Source: a virus (taxonomy: Duplodnaviria; Caudoviricetes). From it: DNA of 64,000 bases. The stretch lies in IMG/VR virus record IMGVR_UViG_3300038345_000144; one strand, 5' to 3'. The notes beneath the pieces were generated by a model. It worked only from the letters and a program-made list of their open reading frames with translations, was not told the DNA's origin and did no database searches. Below are positions 56,320 through 64,000 of the stretch, piece after piece. The position numbers were made by a program, and so were the translations under genes. Every line of letters begins with the position of its first letter. Positions within the stretch are counted from its first letter, which is position 1.

Positions 56320-56691
56320 CCTCCATAACTGGAGAACAGAACTGGAAACATCCAATTTTCCACAAACATTTTCTCCAAGAAAAACCCCCATTCACACGGG
56401 GAAGATACGGTAGATTTCATACTGGAAGGTGTAAACAATGAATAACCTCCGCAGATACGGAGAATTCTTGAATATCCCGCAAAATAATGGTACTCGATTG
56501 ATAAACCCCCAACAAGTGAGGAAGGTGTCCAGCGGTTTTAGAGTCGGTTGCTCTACCTGAAAAACCCCAGCAATAAGGGAAAGTGTGATGTCAGCATCTT
56601 GACCGAACAACCCCCAAAAAATGAGGAAAGCAGTCTAACCGTGTCCGAGCCTGGTGTACTACCTGATAAACCTCCGAGAAATCGGAGAAGT
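56314..56691 (-). CRISPR. degenerate type I-E-like CRISPR array, 7 repeats and 6 spacers, no cas genes
   Basis: repeats at 56665, 56605, 56559, 56500, 56440, 56379, 56314 (periods 60,46,59,60,61,65); consensus NYTTCYYC-N6/10-GGRGGTTNWTC; spacers 33,20,33,33,34,~40 nt. Confidence 0.7.
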
Positions 56692-56702
56692 TAATTGATT
56701 TT

Positions 56703-57041
56703 TTAATCGTCTACGAGCATTTCCCAAGCCCTGTCGTCTTCTACTACCTTCTGGACCAAAATAAATGCTTTGAGAGCGTCAAACCAAGTAGAATTAACAA
56801 AGTTCTCGGCTTTACCCATAACCCAAACACCTTGATAGGTTAAATTGCAGGTAAAATCATAGCCGTCAACTACTAACGGAACTTCATCAGTGTCCCAACC
56901 GTTTGCTTCTGCTGTCTTGTAGTCAAAGTGCTCGTCTTCTTTGACATACTGGGCAAATGTCTTATAGGTCATCAATAACTCATAGTTATAACCAGAGTCA
57001 TCACAAACCTCAATAATATCGTTATAAGGAATATAAGCCAT
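56703..57041 (-). CDS. acidic hypothetical protein directly upstream of the array
   Basis: 112-aa ORF, TAATG-coupled. Confidence 0.75.
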   Translation of the reverse strand: MAYIPYNDIIEVCDDSGYNYELLMTYKTFAQYVKEDEHFDYKTAEANGWDTDEVPLVVDGYDFTCNLTYQGVWVMGKAENFVNSTWFDALKAFILVQKVVEDDRAWEMLVDD

Positions 57042-57769
57042 TATTCGTCCTCCTCATCTGTTTCTTCACGCTCATCATAGTCACTCTGCTTGTAAGCATA
57101 ATAGCCGTCTCCGAGGTCAATTTCTCTGCCATCATATCTTGAGATAAAGTGAGCAATACCGTCTACATCAATACACTCATCAACGATTGCGTCCATATCA
57201 AAAGAGATGGAACCATTCTTAACGAGTTCACGCATTTCAGACTTACCGAACTCCTGAATGAACCACTCACCGTAACTGCTGTAATTATTGGCTACATCTT
57301 CAACGAGATAATCAACCAAGAGTTCTTCAGGGTCGTCTTTACCGATATATTTACCGTTCTCGTCAATCTCTTCTTCCTTGATTACACCAGCGTCAACACA
57401 TTCCTGAATTAAGCGGTTCTCATAGGTTCCTGATACACGGTCAGGCTCGTCAGCGATGTCACTGGCATAACCCTCGTAGTCTTCTCTACAATAGTCCTCA
57501 AACCAATCATCATCAACAGCATTGGATAAAATCCATTCAACAAATTCAGGTGTGAAGGCGTCAAGTCCTAAATCGTCCATACAGTTATCAATGTCTGCAT
57601 AAGTAGCCTTTTTACCCTCATCTTCGGTAAGTACCCAGAATGTACCCTCTGGAGTTCTAAACTCTGTTGACCAGTCTTCGTAGCCCCACTCTTTAACCTG
57701 AATTTCTGACTCTTTAATGTCCAAATAATCAGCCAACAATTTTACTCTGTCTTTAATGTTATCCAACAT
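57041..57769 (-). CDS. very acidic hypothetical protein
   Basis: start at MLDNI after GAGGAG; DG.AHF.SRYDG.E motif. Confidence 0.8.
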   Translation of the reverse strand: MLDNIKDRVKLLADYLDIKESEIQVKEWGYEDWSTEFRTPEGTFWVLTEDEGKKATYADIDNCMDDLGLDAFTPEFVEWILSNAVDDDWFEDYCREDYEGYASDIADEPDRVSGTYENRLIQECVDAGVIKEEEIDENGKYIGKDDPEELLVDYLVEDVANNYSSYGEWFIQEFGKSEMRELVKNGSISFDMDAIVDECIDVDGIAHFISRYDGREIDLGDGYYAYKQSDYDEREETDEEDE

Positions 57770-57773
57770 AGTC

Positions 57774-57980
57774 TTACTCCTCATCATTAAAAATCTTATC
57801 TAACTTTGTACGCCAATCCATAGGAAATCCAGCATACATAGGACAACCCTCTGGTTTACCCCATTCACCAAATTTCATAAAGATACACTTATCACAGCCT
57901 GTTTCTTCACAATAGGCAACCAAACCATAAGCACACTTACGAGCATATCTATCATTGTCATTAGGCTTCTTTTTAGTCAT
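57774..57980 (-). CDS. small Cys-rich protein, related to 61012
   Basis: YC....C..C.F...C...P..W. Confidence 0.7.
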   Translation of the reverse strand: MTKKKPNDNDRYARKCAYGLVAYCEETGCDKCIFMKFGEWGKPEGCPMYAGFPMDWRTKLDKIFNDEE

Positions 57981-58350
57981 AACGCCACCTCGCTATATCT
58001 TCATATTCTACGGTGATTTCGGCTATATAATAATACTCGTTAGAGCCTGTTAAGCCTAATTCTTCAAAATCTGCCTTGATTATAAAAATCATACTGTTGT
58101 TGTCATAAAGAGCCTGGTTGACCTGTTCCTCGGTAAGCGTTCTACTGGGATTTGCTCGGTTGTACTCTTCAAGATTAACCAAGTTTGTTTTACCATCTCG
58201 ACATCTGGAGATGAGATTATCGGTAATGATTTTTAGCGGGCTTATACGACACTCAAGGTCACTTAAATCACTATTGCTTAACATAGTGTTTTGAGGAATT
58301 TTGGGTAAGTGCTTGGTCAAATCAAACACGCCTCCTACTTTAATGTTCAT
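57973..58350 (-). CDS. hypothetical protein
   Basis: 125-aa ORF with SD. Confidence 0.75.
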   Translation of the reverse strand: MNIKVGGVFDLTKHLPKIPQNTMLSNSDLSDLECRISPLKIITDNLISRCRDGKTNLVNLEEYNRANPSRTLTEEQVNQALYDNNSMIFIIKADFEELGLTGSNEYYYIAEITVEYEDIARWRYD

Positions 58351-58361
58351 AAACTTACTCC

Positions 58362-58670
58362 TTATAAATAATCGTGAACAAAGGTGTTAATCTTCTTTTT
58401 GTCCTCTTCAGAAACCTTATAGGTCTTAAAGAACTCTCTCAAAACATCAGATAACTCTGCGGGTCCAAATATTACACCATTATCATCGTCAATCATTTTA
58501 TATCTTGGAGAATATCTGGAAAGCCATTTTTCGTCATCACACAGTATTCTGATGCCATTATATTGTGTCTGGGCTTCCATATAGAAAGTATCGTTCAGAC
58601 AACCCTGCTCATAGGCTCCGTCCTGAAAAAAGACATCAACGATTTCATTTTCTGATACTTCGTGTGCCAT
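58362..58670 (-). CDS. hypothetical protein
   Basis: 102-aa ORF with SD. Confidence 0.75.
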   Translation of the reverse strand: MAHEVSENEIVDVFFQDGAYEQGCLNDTFYMEAQTQYNGIRILCDDEKWLSRYSPRYKMIDDDNGVIFGPAELSDVLREFFKTYKVSEEDKKKINTFVHDYL

Positions 58671-58680
58671 AGGCTTCTCC

Positions 58681-58989
58681 TTATTCTTCTACCAGTTTGC
58701 CAAGATAAGCAACTTGAGCGATTTTTCCCTCTAACTTGATATACTGTCTCAATTCTGGAGAGGGTTCAAAAGGCTTTAGACCTTTGTATTCCTCATCAAA
58801 TATAGTTCTGATGTTTCCAAAATAATCAGTCAACAGAGATACTTCAAGTTCGTTATTGAAGATTGCTAACATCTCATCGTCAGCACCCTCGGTCATCCAA
58901 TCCTCACAGCCTGCTAACTTTGCCTGCTCTGCACGGAACTGCCTGATTAAGGCACACTGTTCTTTATTCAATATGTTGCCCATATTCAT
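58681..58989 (-). CDS. hypothetical protein
   Basis: 102-aa ORF. Confidence 0.75.
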   Translation of the reverse strand: MNMGNILNKEQCALIRQFRAEQAKLAGCEDWMTEGADDEMLAIFNNELEVSLLTDYFGNIRTIFDEEYKGLKPFEPSPELRQYIKLEGKIAQVAYLGKLVEE

Positions 58990-59007
58990 ATCCTTTCGTT
59001 ATACCAT

Positions 59008-59066
59008 TTATACCTGAAAGGGTATAATCTGTCCTAATTCCTGCTAAATCATACCCTATCGGGTAT
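59008..59066. promoter_or_regulatory. two ATACC-N6-GGTAT palindromes
   Basis: ttatacctgaaagggtataa (59008-59027) and ataccctatcgggtat (59051-59066). Confidence 0.5.
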
Positions 59067-59175
59067 ATAAGGCTTGTAAATCCGTTTCTGTCGGACTTTC
59101 TCCAAACATTCTTTCAAATGTTTCAATCAGTTCAAGTCTTTTTTCTTTCTCTTCAGGGGTTAATTCTTTTTCCAT
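59056..59175 (-). CDS. small hypothetical protein (39 aa, not in ORF track)
   Basis: MEKELTPEEKEKRLELIETFERMFG...YTR*, GAGG SD. Confidence 0.5.
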   Translation of the reverse strand: MEKELTPEEKEKRLELIETFERMFGESPTETDLQALYTR

Positions 59176-59177
59176 AA

Positions 59178-59750
59178 TTAAACCTCATCATAATCTATTC
59201 CATTTTTCTCCAAACAATTAAGACCGTCCTTGTGAAGCATCATACGGTCTCCACTATCATAGTCGTACCACAGACCCTCCTCATCAAGACATCTTTCAGC
59301 CTCGGCTCCGTCACCTGTTCTAAAGATTACTCTATAAACAGGGTCGGCATCGGGGTCATAATCAAAATTCTCTTCAAGTTGGTCCAAAATGCTCTTAACC
59401 AGTTCATCTTTATTTGTAATACAAGACTCAAATTCTATATTGGTATTACGCTCCAGATAAACAGGAAGGGTCTCAAAATCAGAGTCCAGATAAACATTCT
59501 CCAAAAAATTCTTTAAGTCTTCTGGGTCTTTGATAGTGCCTTCTTTTAATAAATAGTCTATCGTAGTCTGCTTATCTAATTTAATGAGAGGATATTCGAT
59601 GATAATATCATCTGCTTCTGCCTCAAGGTCATTTGATATAACCCTAATTCCATTATCTAATATAAATTCGTGAGCCTCTGGTGGTAAAAAATCTAAAATG
59701 AAGTCTACCATACCACAAAACTCACAAAAGTTACCAATTATTTTTCCCAT
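59178..59750 (-). CDS. acidic hypothetical protein
   Basis: 190-aa ORF with SD. Confidence 0.75.
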   Translation of the reverse strand: MGKIIGNFCEFCGMVDFILDFLPPEAHEFILDNGIRVISNDLEAEADDIIIEYPLIKLDKQTTIDYLLKEGTIKDPEDLKNFLENVYLDSDFETLPVYLERNTNIEFESCITNKDELVKSILDQLEENFDYDPDADPVYRVIFRTGDGAEAERCLDEEGLWYDYDSGDRMMLHKDGLNCLEKNGIDYDEV

Positions 59751-59775
59751 AATACGCTTCTCCTTTAATCTTTTC

Positions 59776-60105
59776 TTATCTATGCCAAACGCTTATAACA
59801 GCCTCATAAGCAGAATTAAAGATAGACAGAACACTGTCAGGGTGGGCTAATTGATACTCATATTCAATATCCTTAACACCTTCAGCACTCTTTACGCCGA
59901 TTGCTGTATGCTTAAACGCCTCTTTTAAGGCATCAAACGACTGATATGTATAAAAAACATCATCCAGTACGCCATCTTCGGCTCTGTCTAATGCTTGGTG
60001 GACCACTCCCCACGGAACATCAGGTCTAACACCTAACTTCTTGGCAATTTTGTTCTGATACTCTCTAAACGAGTGGTTGTCGTTGATTAACACGCAGTAA
60101 TACAT
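59776..60105 (-). CDS. hypothetical protein
   Basis: 109-aa ORF with SD. Confidence 0.75.
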   Translation of the reverse strand: MYYCVLINDNHSFREYQNKIAKKLGVRPDVPWGVVHQALDRAEDGVLDDVFYTYQSFDALKEAFKHTAIGVKSAEGVKDIEYEYQLAHPDSVLSIFNSAYEAVISVWHR

Positions 60106-60119
60106 ATTAGTTCTCCTCC

Positions 60120-60614
60120 TTAAATCCTATTTTTTATCAGCCAAGATACTCCACCGTATTTTGATGTATATACGCCTGCCTCTGCTGTTTCTTTCAAATC
60201 AGGGAAAACTTCCTTCAATAACTTAACCAGTCTTGGGTTATCGTCCTCTTGGAACTGAAGTGCTGTTTGTCTTGAAATGGTAATATTGCAAGAAGGCACA
60301 CTGATTTCATCAAGTCTCTTGGCACACTGAACCAAGTTATTCAGGATGGTGTTATCTAAAGGCTGTTCGGTTACTTCGTTATCCCCTGTTCGATTTATCC
60401 AGTTAATGCCTCTATAACGGTAAACGCCATCGCCAACATCAGTTCCCTGACCGTTAAACATCGCTTTGAAAGTAGCATTATCCTTGTAATATGTACCAAT
60501 AATTGTACCAACGGCTATAAAACCATAACTGTTGATAATGCCCTTAATATAAGAACTTAACTCTTGGCATAAACAATTATCCCTGATGTTAATTAACTTC
60601 TGTTTTGAAATCAT
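60120..60614 (-). CDS. hypothetical protein, paralogue of 54815
   Basis: motifs shared with 54815. Confidence 0.8.
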   Translation of the reverse strand: MISKQKLINIRDNCLCQELSSYIKGIINSYGFIAVGTIIGTYYKDNATFKAMFNGQGTDVGDGVYRYRGINWINRTGDNEVTEQPLDNTILNNLVQCAKRLDEISVPSCNITISRQTALQFQEDDNPRLVKLLKEVFPDLKETAEAGVYTSKYGGVSWLIKNRI

Positions 60615-60625
60615 AGGTCTTCTCC

Positions 60626-61000
60626 TTATCGGGTCATAAAGATAACAATTCTACCACTTGAAAGGTAATATCCGTCCATTGAAGAAGGCAGGTTACATAC
60701 CAAGAAATCACATAAAGACTTCTTTGAGTCTTCATTGTCCGTATAATCTAAATACTTTTTAAGCAATTCCTCGCCTGAAGTATGGTCAGCCCAATACTCT
60801 AAAAAGTCCTCATAATAATCAAACAACTGGAAGAATACCCAAGCGTTCTTATCAAATCCTGTATAAGCACTGCCTATCATATCAAAGAGTTCTTCGGCTT
60901 CCGCAGGAGTTAGTTTATAAATTGTACCCCTTGCTCCCATATCATCTTCGGTAATAGTGGTTAGATATTTAATAAATTCGTCTTTGTCTTGTTTATTCAT
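60626..61000 (-). CDS. hypothetical protein
   Basis: 124-aa ORF with SD. Confidence 0.75.
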   Translation of the reverse strand: MNKQDKDEFIKYLTTITEDDMGARGTIYKLTPAEAEELFDMIGSAYTGFDKNAWVFFQLFDYYEDFLEYWADHTSGEELLKKYLDYTDNEDSKKSLCDFLVCNLPSSMDGYYLSSGRIVIFMTR

Positions 61001-61011
61001 ATTTGTTCTCC

Positions 61012-61191
61012 TTAATCAAACCAGCCAAAAGGTTGACCATATCCGTCGCTGTCCTCAAACATACAGGTACGGTATGGGTTGTTTTTCACATCGAAAGGAC
61101 AACCAACACAACCTTCAGGCTCCTTATTTTTACAATACTCGGAAATGGCTCTTGCATAAGCCATTAACTTTACGGCATTATCATCATCCAT
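61012..61191 (-). CDS. small Cys-rich protein (59 aa, not in ORF track)
   Basis: MDDDNAVKL...EYCKNKEPEGCVGCPF...C...P..WFD*, AGGAG SD. Confidence 0.7.
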   Translation of the reverse strand: MDDDNAVKLMAYARAISEYCKNKEPEGCVGCPFDVKNNPYRTCMFEDSDGYGQPFGWFD

Positions 61192-61192
61192 A

Positions 61193-62515
61193 TTAGTCGT
61201 CTCCTTGTAATAGCGGGTTTTTTATTATAAATCCAATATAAACACAGTTTAGTTTATCTGAAATAACATCACTATAATATTTCGCAGTATTGATTTTAAT
61301 ATTATTTTCTTTAAGTCTTGGTTTCAAAATGTCACATAGCACATCATCTAATTTATAATCTAAAACTGTACCACTATCACTAAAATACACACAAAGGTCA
61401 TAGCGATACTTCATAACATTTTTAGACATAGGAATAACCACTTCAGGTATATTGATTTTTAGGAATTCCCAATTAAAAAAACTGCTGAAATGTGAGCCAT
61501 ATTCGTCAGCAGAGGACAATACGGCAACTACATTAACTGGGTCCGTATTTACTACTAAAGCAGAGTCGCTCCAATCGTAATGTATAACCCTTTCAGTGCC
61601 ATCATCGTCTTTATAAAAGTATGCACCTATGGTTAAAAGAAACTCTTTTTCAGTTTTTGCTTGAGGGGACGCACTGAAAAAATCATAGAACAAGTTTTCT
61701 AATGGCTCGCTTAAGTCCTCGGATTGAAGGGCTTTTGTGATTTCCTGTGTAATCTGTTTGGTATTTAAGTCTCCAAAGATTTCTTGTTGCTTTTCCTCTA
61801 ATTCCCTCTTTGCTAACAGTTTCATACCATCCGAACTTCCCTCGATATAAACTGTATAACCCTCAATAAACTTACTTGACCTACCACTCTCACCAGCACA
61901 TCGTATATCCGTAGTAATAACCTTTTCAGGAATATTATCAATAAAAGGCTTAAATATACCTAAAGCATCTTTTATGATATGAACATCACTATAACTACAA
62001 CCATTAACGGTACTATCCATATTGCGTTCTGCCTGTACGAATTTCTTGAATTCAGTGATTTCCATATCAGTTAGAGCAATTGAGGTTGATTTGAATGTAA
62101 TGGTATTAGAAAGTGGAAGAAAATCTGCTTCATCTCTTGCCCTTACACAAGCATATAGGTCATCTACGGGAAAATAACAAGCCGTTGCCGTATTATATTT
62201 AGGTACTTTGGTAAGGGTTTTATTGTCCTCATCCAATATATAATAATAGGCTTCCATTGTATCAAGATATATGCCTTGTGGTTTTCCTAAAAAAGTAGAG
62301 GTAAACAAAAAGCCAAAGTGATATTGTTTATTATATGGGTGCAATTTATCTTCACGATACATCTCTTTTTTACAGTTAACCACATTGAAGGATTGCATAG
62401 CGTCAGTAAACGCATCCTTCTCATTTGGAAATTTAGCAATAACGCTTTTTATTACTTCCTTATTAGTCTGGAAGTTAGTTTCCTGTCCTGCTTGTTTTAA
62501 TCTCTCTAAATCCAT
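61193..62515 (-). CDS. hypothetical protein, paralogue of 27848
   Basis: 440-aa ORF with SD; motifs shared with 27848. Confidence 0.8.
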   Translation of the reverse strand: MDLERLKQAGQETNFQTNKEVIKSVIAKFPNEKDAFTDAMQSFNVVNCKKEMYREDKLHPYNKQYHFGFLFTSTFLGKPQGIYLDTMEAYYYILDEDNKTLTKVPKYNTATACYFPVDDLYACVRARDEADFLPLSNTITFKSTSIALTDMEITEFKKFVQAERNMDSTVNGCSYSDVHIIKDALGIFKPFIDNIPEKVITTDIRCAGESGRSSKFIEGYTVYIEGSSDGMKLLAKRELEEKQQEIFGDLNTKQITQEITKALQSEDLSEPLENLFYDFFSASPQAKTEKEFLLTIGAYFYKDDDGTERVIHYDWSDSALVVNTDPVNVVAVLSSADEYGSHFSSFFNWEFLKINIPEVVIPMSKNVMKYRYDLCVYFSDSGTVLDYKLDDVLCDILKPRLKENNIKINTAKYYSDVISDKLNCVYIGFIIKNPLLQGDD

Positions 62516-62526
62516 TACTAATCTCC

Positions 62527-63066
62527 TTATGCTCGCTTAACGAAATTCACTACGCTATCCTGAACATTGTTTTTTATGCCATTAACGGTGAACAATTTTT
62601 CTTCTACCTTCGGAGGCTCAATATAGCCCTTTTCAAGGTTATAAAAAGCACCATAAAGCGTACCATCGTAAATCTTAATCAACTCTGCTTTGTCAAAAGT
62701 AACAAACTTGACCTTTGCATCGTTGATAGCGTCAAGATACATACAGACCCTTTCCTCAACAGTATGTCCAAGTTCTAAAGTGTTTTCTTTAGTAAACGCA
62801 GGACAAGGGTTATTATAATCGTTCAGGTCATAAAAACGAATACCAATAGCGGGATGTCCTAAAAACAAGCCCAAACAAAGTGTAAAGCCAGTATCTTCGG
62901 TAAAAGCAATATCAGGTTGCTTAACTACCGCATTTATTTGGTCAATTACCCAGTTTTCATACTCGTTTTCACGAAGTTGATTAGTTGGCTTGATGTTTGT
63001 TCCATCTAAAGATGTATCAATTCTGATAATCACTGTTTCTGTGTTATTCAAAGCGTGGTTGTTCAT
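62527..63066 (-). CDS. hypothetical protein
   Basis: 179-aa ORF with SD. Confidence 0.75.
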   Translation of the reverse strand: MNNHALNNTETVIIRIDTSLDGTNIKPTNQLRENEYENWVIDQINAVVKQPDIAFTEDTGFTLCLGLFLGHPAIGIRFYDLNDYNNPCPAFTKENTLELGHTVEERVCMYLDAINDAKVKFVTFDKAELIKIYDGTLYGAFYNLEKGYIEPPKVEEKLFTVNGIKNNVQDSVVNFVKRA

Positions 63067-63079
63067 AATAAGGCTCCTT

Positions 63080-63652
63080 TTATTCTTTTGCCACCAATTC
63101 TATAAATTTGTTAATAGCGGTTGCTGTGTCTTCTGCCGTGATACTTTCAAAAGACTTATCAACATTCCACCAATAAAAGCGTTTCTCATAAGGTTGCTCG
63201 ATTTTATACTTACTAATCGCATAGTGGTGCATCTTGGCAACATAGCGTAACTCGTAGGTCTCGGAAAAGATTATGTACCAGCCCGCTTCCATAAAGTGAA
63301 TTTTGTCCAGCACCTCTTTCGGAGCGACAGCCTTAAGCATTTGGGTTGCTTCTTCCAAAGACTTAATGCGTTCCTGTTGGTCTATCTCGTCCTGTCTTTT
63401 CTTATTTTTGATACGCTCAACATATTTATTCAGGTCTTCTTCAGTAAAACCGTTATACTTATCTCCACCAAACCATATATCATCGTCATATAGTCCGTCT
63501 ACAACAGGTATATATACTGTTATTGGACCATAACAGGCAAAAATGTCAAGCACCTCATCGTTCCACGGCAACTTGATTTTACCTATGATGCGTTCATAAC
63601 AAAACGGTTTCTTGTCATAAATATCCTTAAAATATGCCTTTAATTCACTCAT
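63080..63652 (-). CDS. hypothetical protein
   Basis: 190-aa ORF with SD. Confidence 0.75.
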   Translation of the reverse strand: MSELKAYFKDIYDKKPFCYERIIGKIKLPWNDEVLDIFACYGPITVYIPVVDGLYDDDIWFGGDKYNGFTEEDLNKYVERIKNKKRQDEIDQQERIKSLEEATQMLKAVAPKEVLDKIHFMEAGWYIIFSETYELRYVAKMHHYAISKYKIEQPYEKRFYWWNVDKSFESITAEDTATAINKFIELVAKE

Positions 63653-63674
63653 ATTGGATAGGTTCCTTCCTAAT

Positions 63675-63713
63675 ATTACATTTAGATTACATTTATATTA
63701 CAAACAAATTACA
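63675..63713 (-). promoter_or_regulatory. four perfect TGTAAT hexamers at 11-bp period
   Basis: attaca-tttag-attaca-tttat-attaca-aacaa-attaca. Confidence 0.8.
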
Positions 63714-64000
63714 TTGACTCGTAAGCCTTCCTGACTACCTTGCCAAATTCAAAGCCTGTGATTGCTACTGGATTTCCATTATAGCACCAATACTTGGGCT
63801 TATAATACTCCTGCTCATTGTCCCAAAGAGTATAAGCACGGTACATAGCACCGTTCCAGTTACCCTGTTCAACAGCGTCTTTGCAGGACTTGATAAGGTC
63901 GTCAGTAGTGAAGATATAACAGCCTATGGTATCTCTTTCCTGATACATAGCGTCTAAAATATCATCAAAGTTCTGCTCATTATACCTCTCAATAAGGTAT
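63709..64000 (-). CDS. hypothetical protein, probably 5'-truncated by the window edge
   Basis: frame stays open to the window end; loosely similar to 51525. Confidence 0.65.
   Translation of the reverse strand, partial: YLIERYNEQNFDDILDAMYQERDTIGCYIFTTDDLIKSCKDAVEQGNWNGAMYRAYTLWDNEQEYYKPKYWCYNGNPVAITGFEFGKVVRKAYESM

Noticed and set aside
56392-56610. 72-aa minus-strand ORF over the array
   Set aside because: No clear SD, atypical composition, and it overlaps the periodic hairpins.
56526-56664. tRNA genes in the array: spacers contain GGTAGAGCA..CTCTAAA and GGTAGTACA..CTCGGA, resembling D-loop and anticodon segments
   Set aside because: The anticodon stems do not pair, there is no TTCGA T-arm, the ~60-nt period is too short, and covariation supports hairpins within repeats rather than acceptor stems across spacers. 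The shared AGGTAG start of spacers 1 and 3 remains unexplained.
210-63533. Plus-strand ORFs in the track (e.g. 6948..7637, 37181..37615)
   Set aside because: They are antisense shadows of SD-bearing minus-strand genes, are S/L/I/F-rich and lack ribosome-binding sites.
1-64000. Alternative genetic code (TAG or TGA recoding as in some gut jumbo phages)
   Set aside because: Code 11 gives dense, uninterrupted genes including a 2339-aa ORF, and TAG/TGA stops are followed directly by new SD-start signals.

Overview
A 64-kb, low-GC (by eye) accessory region of a large Firmicutes-associated mobile element, most likely a jumbo phage or giant extrachromosomal element. No capsid, replication or host housekeeping genes are visible, so this assignment is inferred. 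About 125 genes lie on the minus strand. Most are short, acidic hypothetical proteins with AGGAG ribosome-binding sites, and many fall into dispersed paralogue families. Recognisable cargo includes an FCT-like sortase-B pilus/adhesin operon (39.2-50.0 kb), a radical SAM enzyme downstream of seven '(F/Y)ETNSS'-motif paralogues, FtsK-like ATPase genes, and vWA, metallophosphoesterase, YwqG-like and DUF4313-like proteins. Five observations stand out. (1) A cas-less, leaderless array of 7 diverged type I-E-like CRISPR repeats with mostly 33-nt spacers and covarying hairpins (56314-56691). (2) An FtsK-like ATPase split over two permuted genes whose junction carries very short class-3-intein-like N (27 aa) and C (23 aa) fragments. 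(3) An 11-bp-period TGTAAT-N5-TGTAAT box at 11 intergenic sites. (4) A conserved 18-bp promoter-like element, twice followed by a short leader and terminator. (5) The ETNSS family/radical SAM module. All family assignments come from motif recognition by eye; no database search was run.
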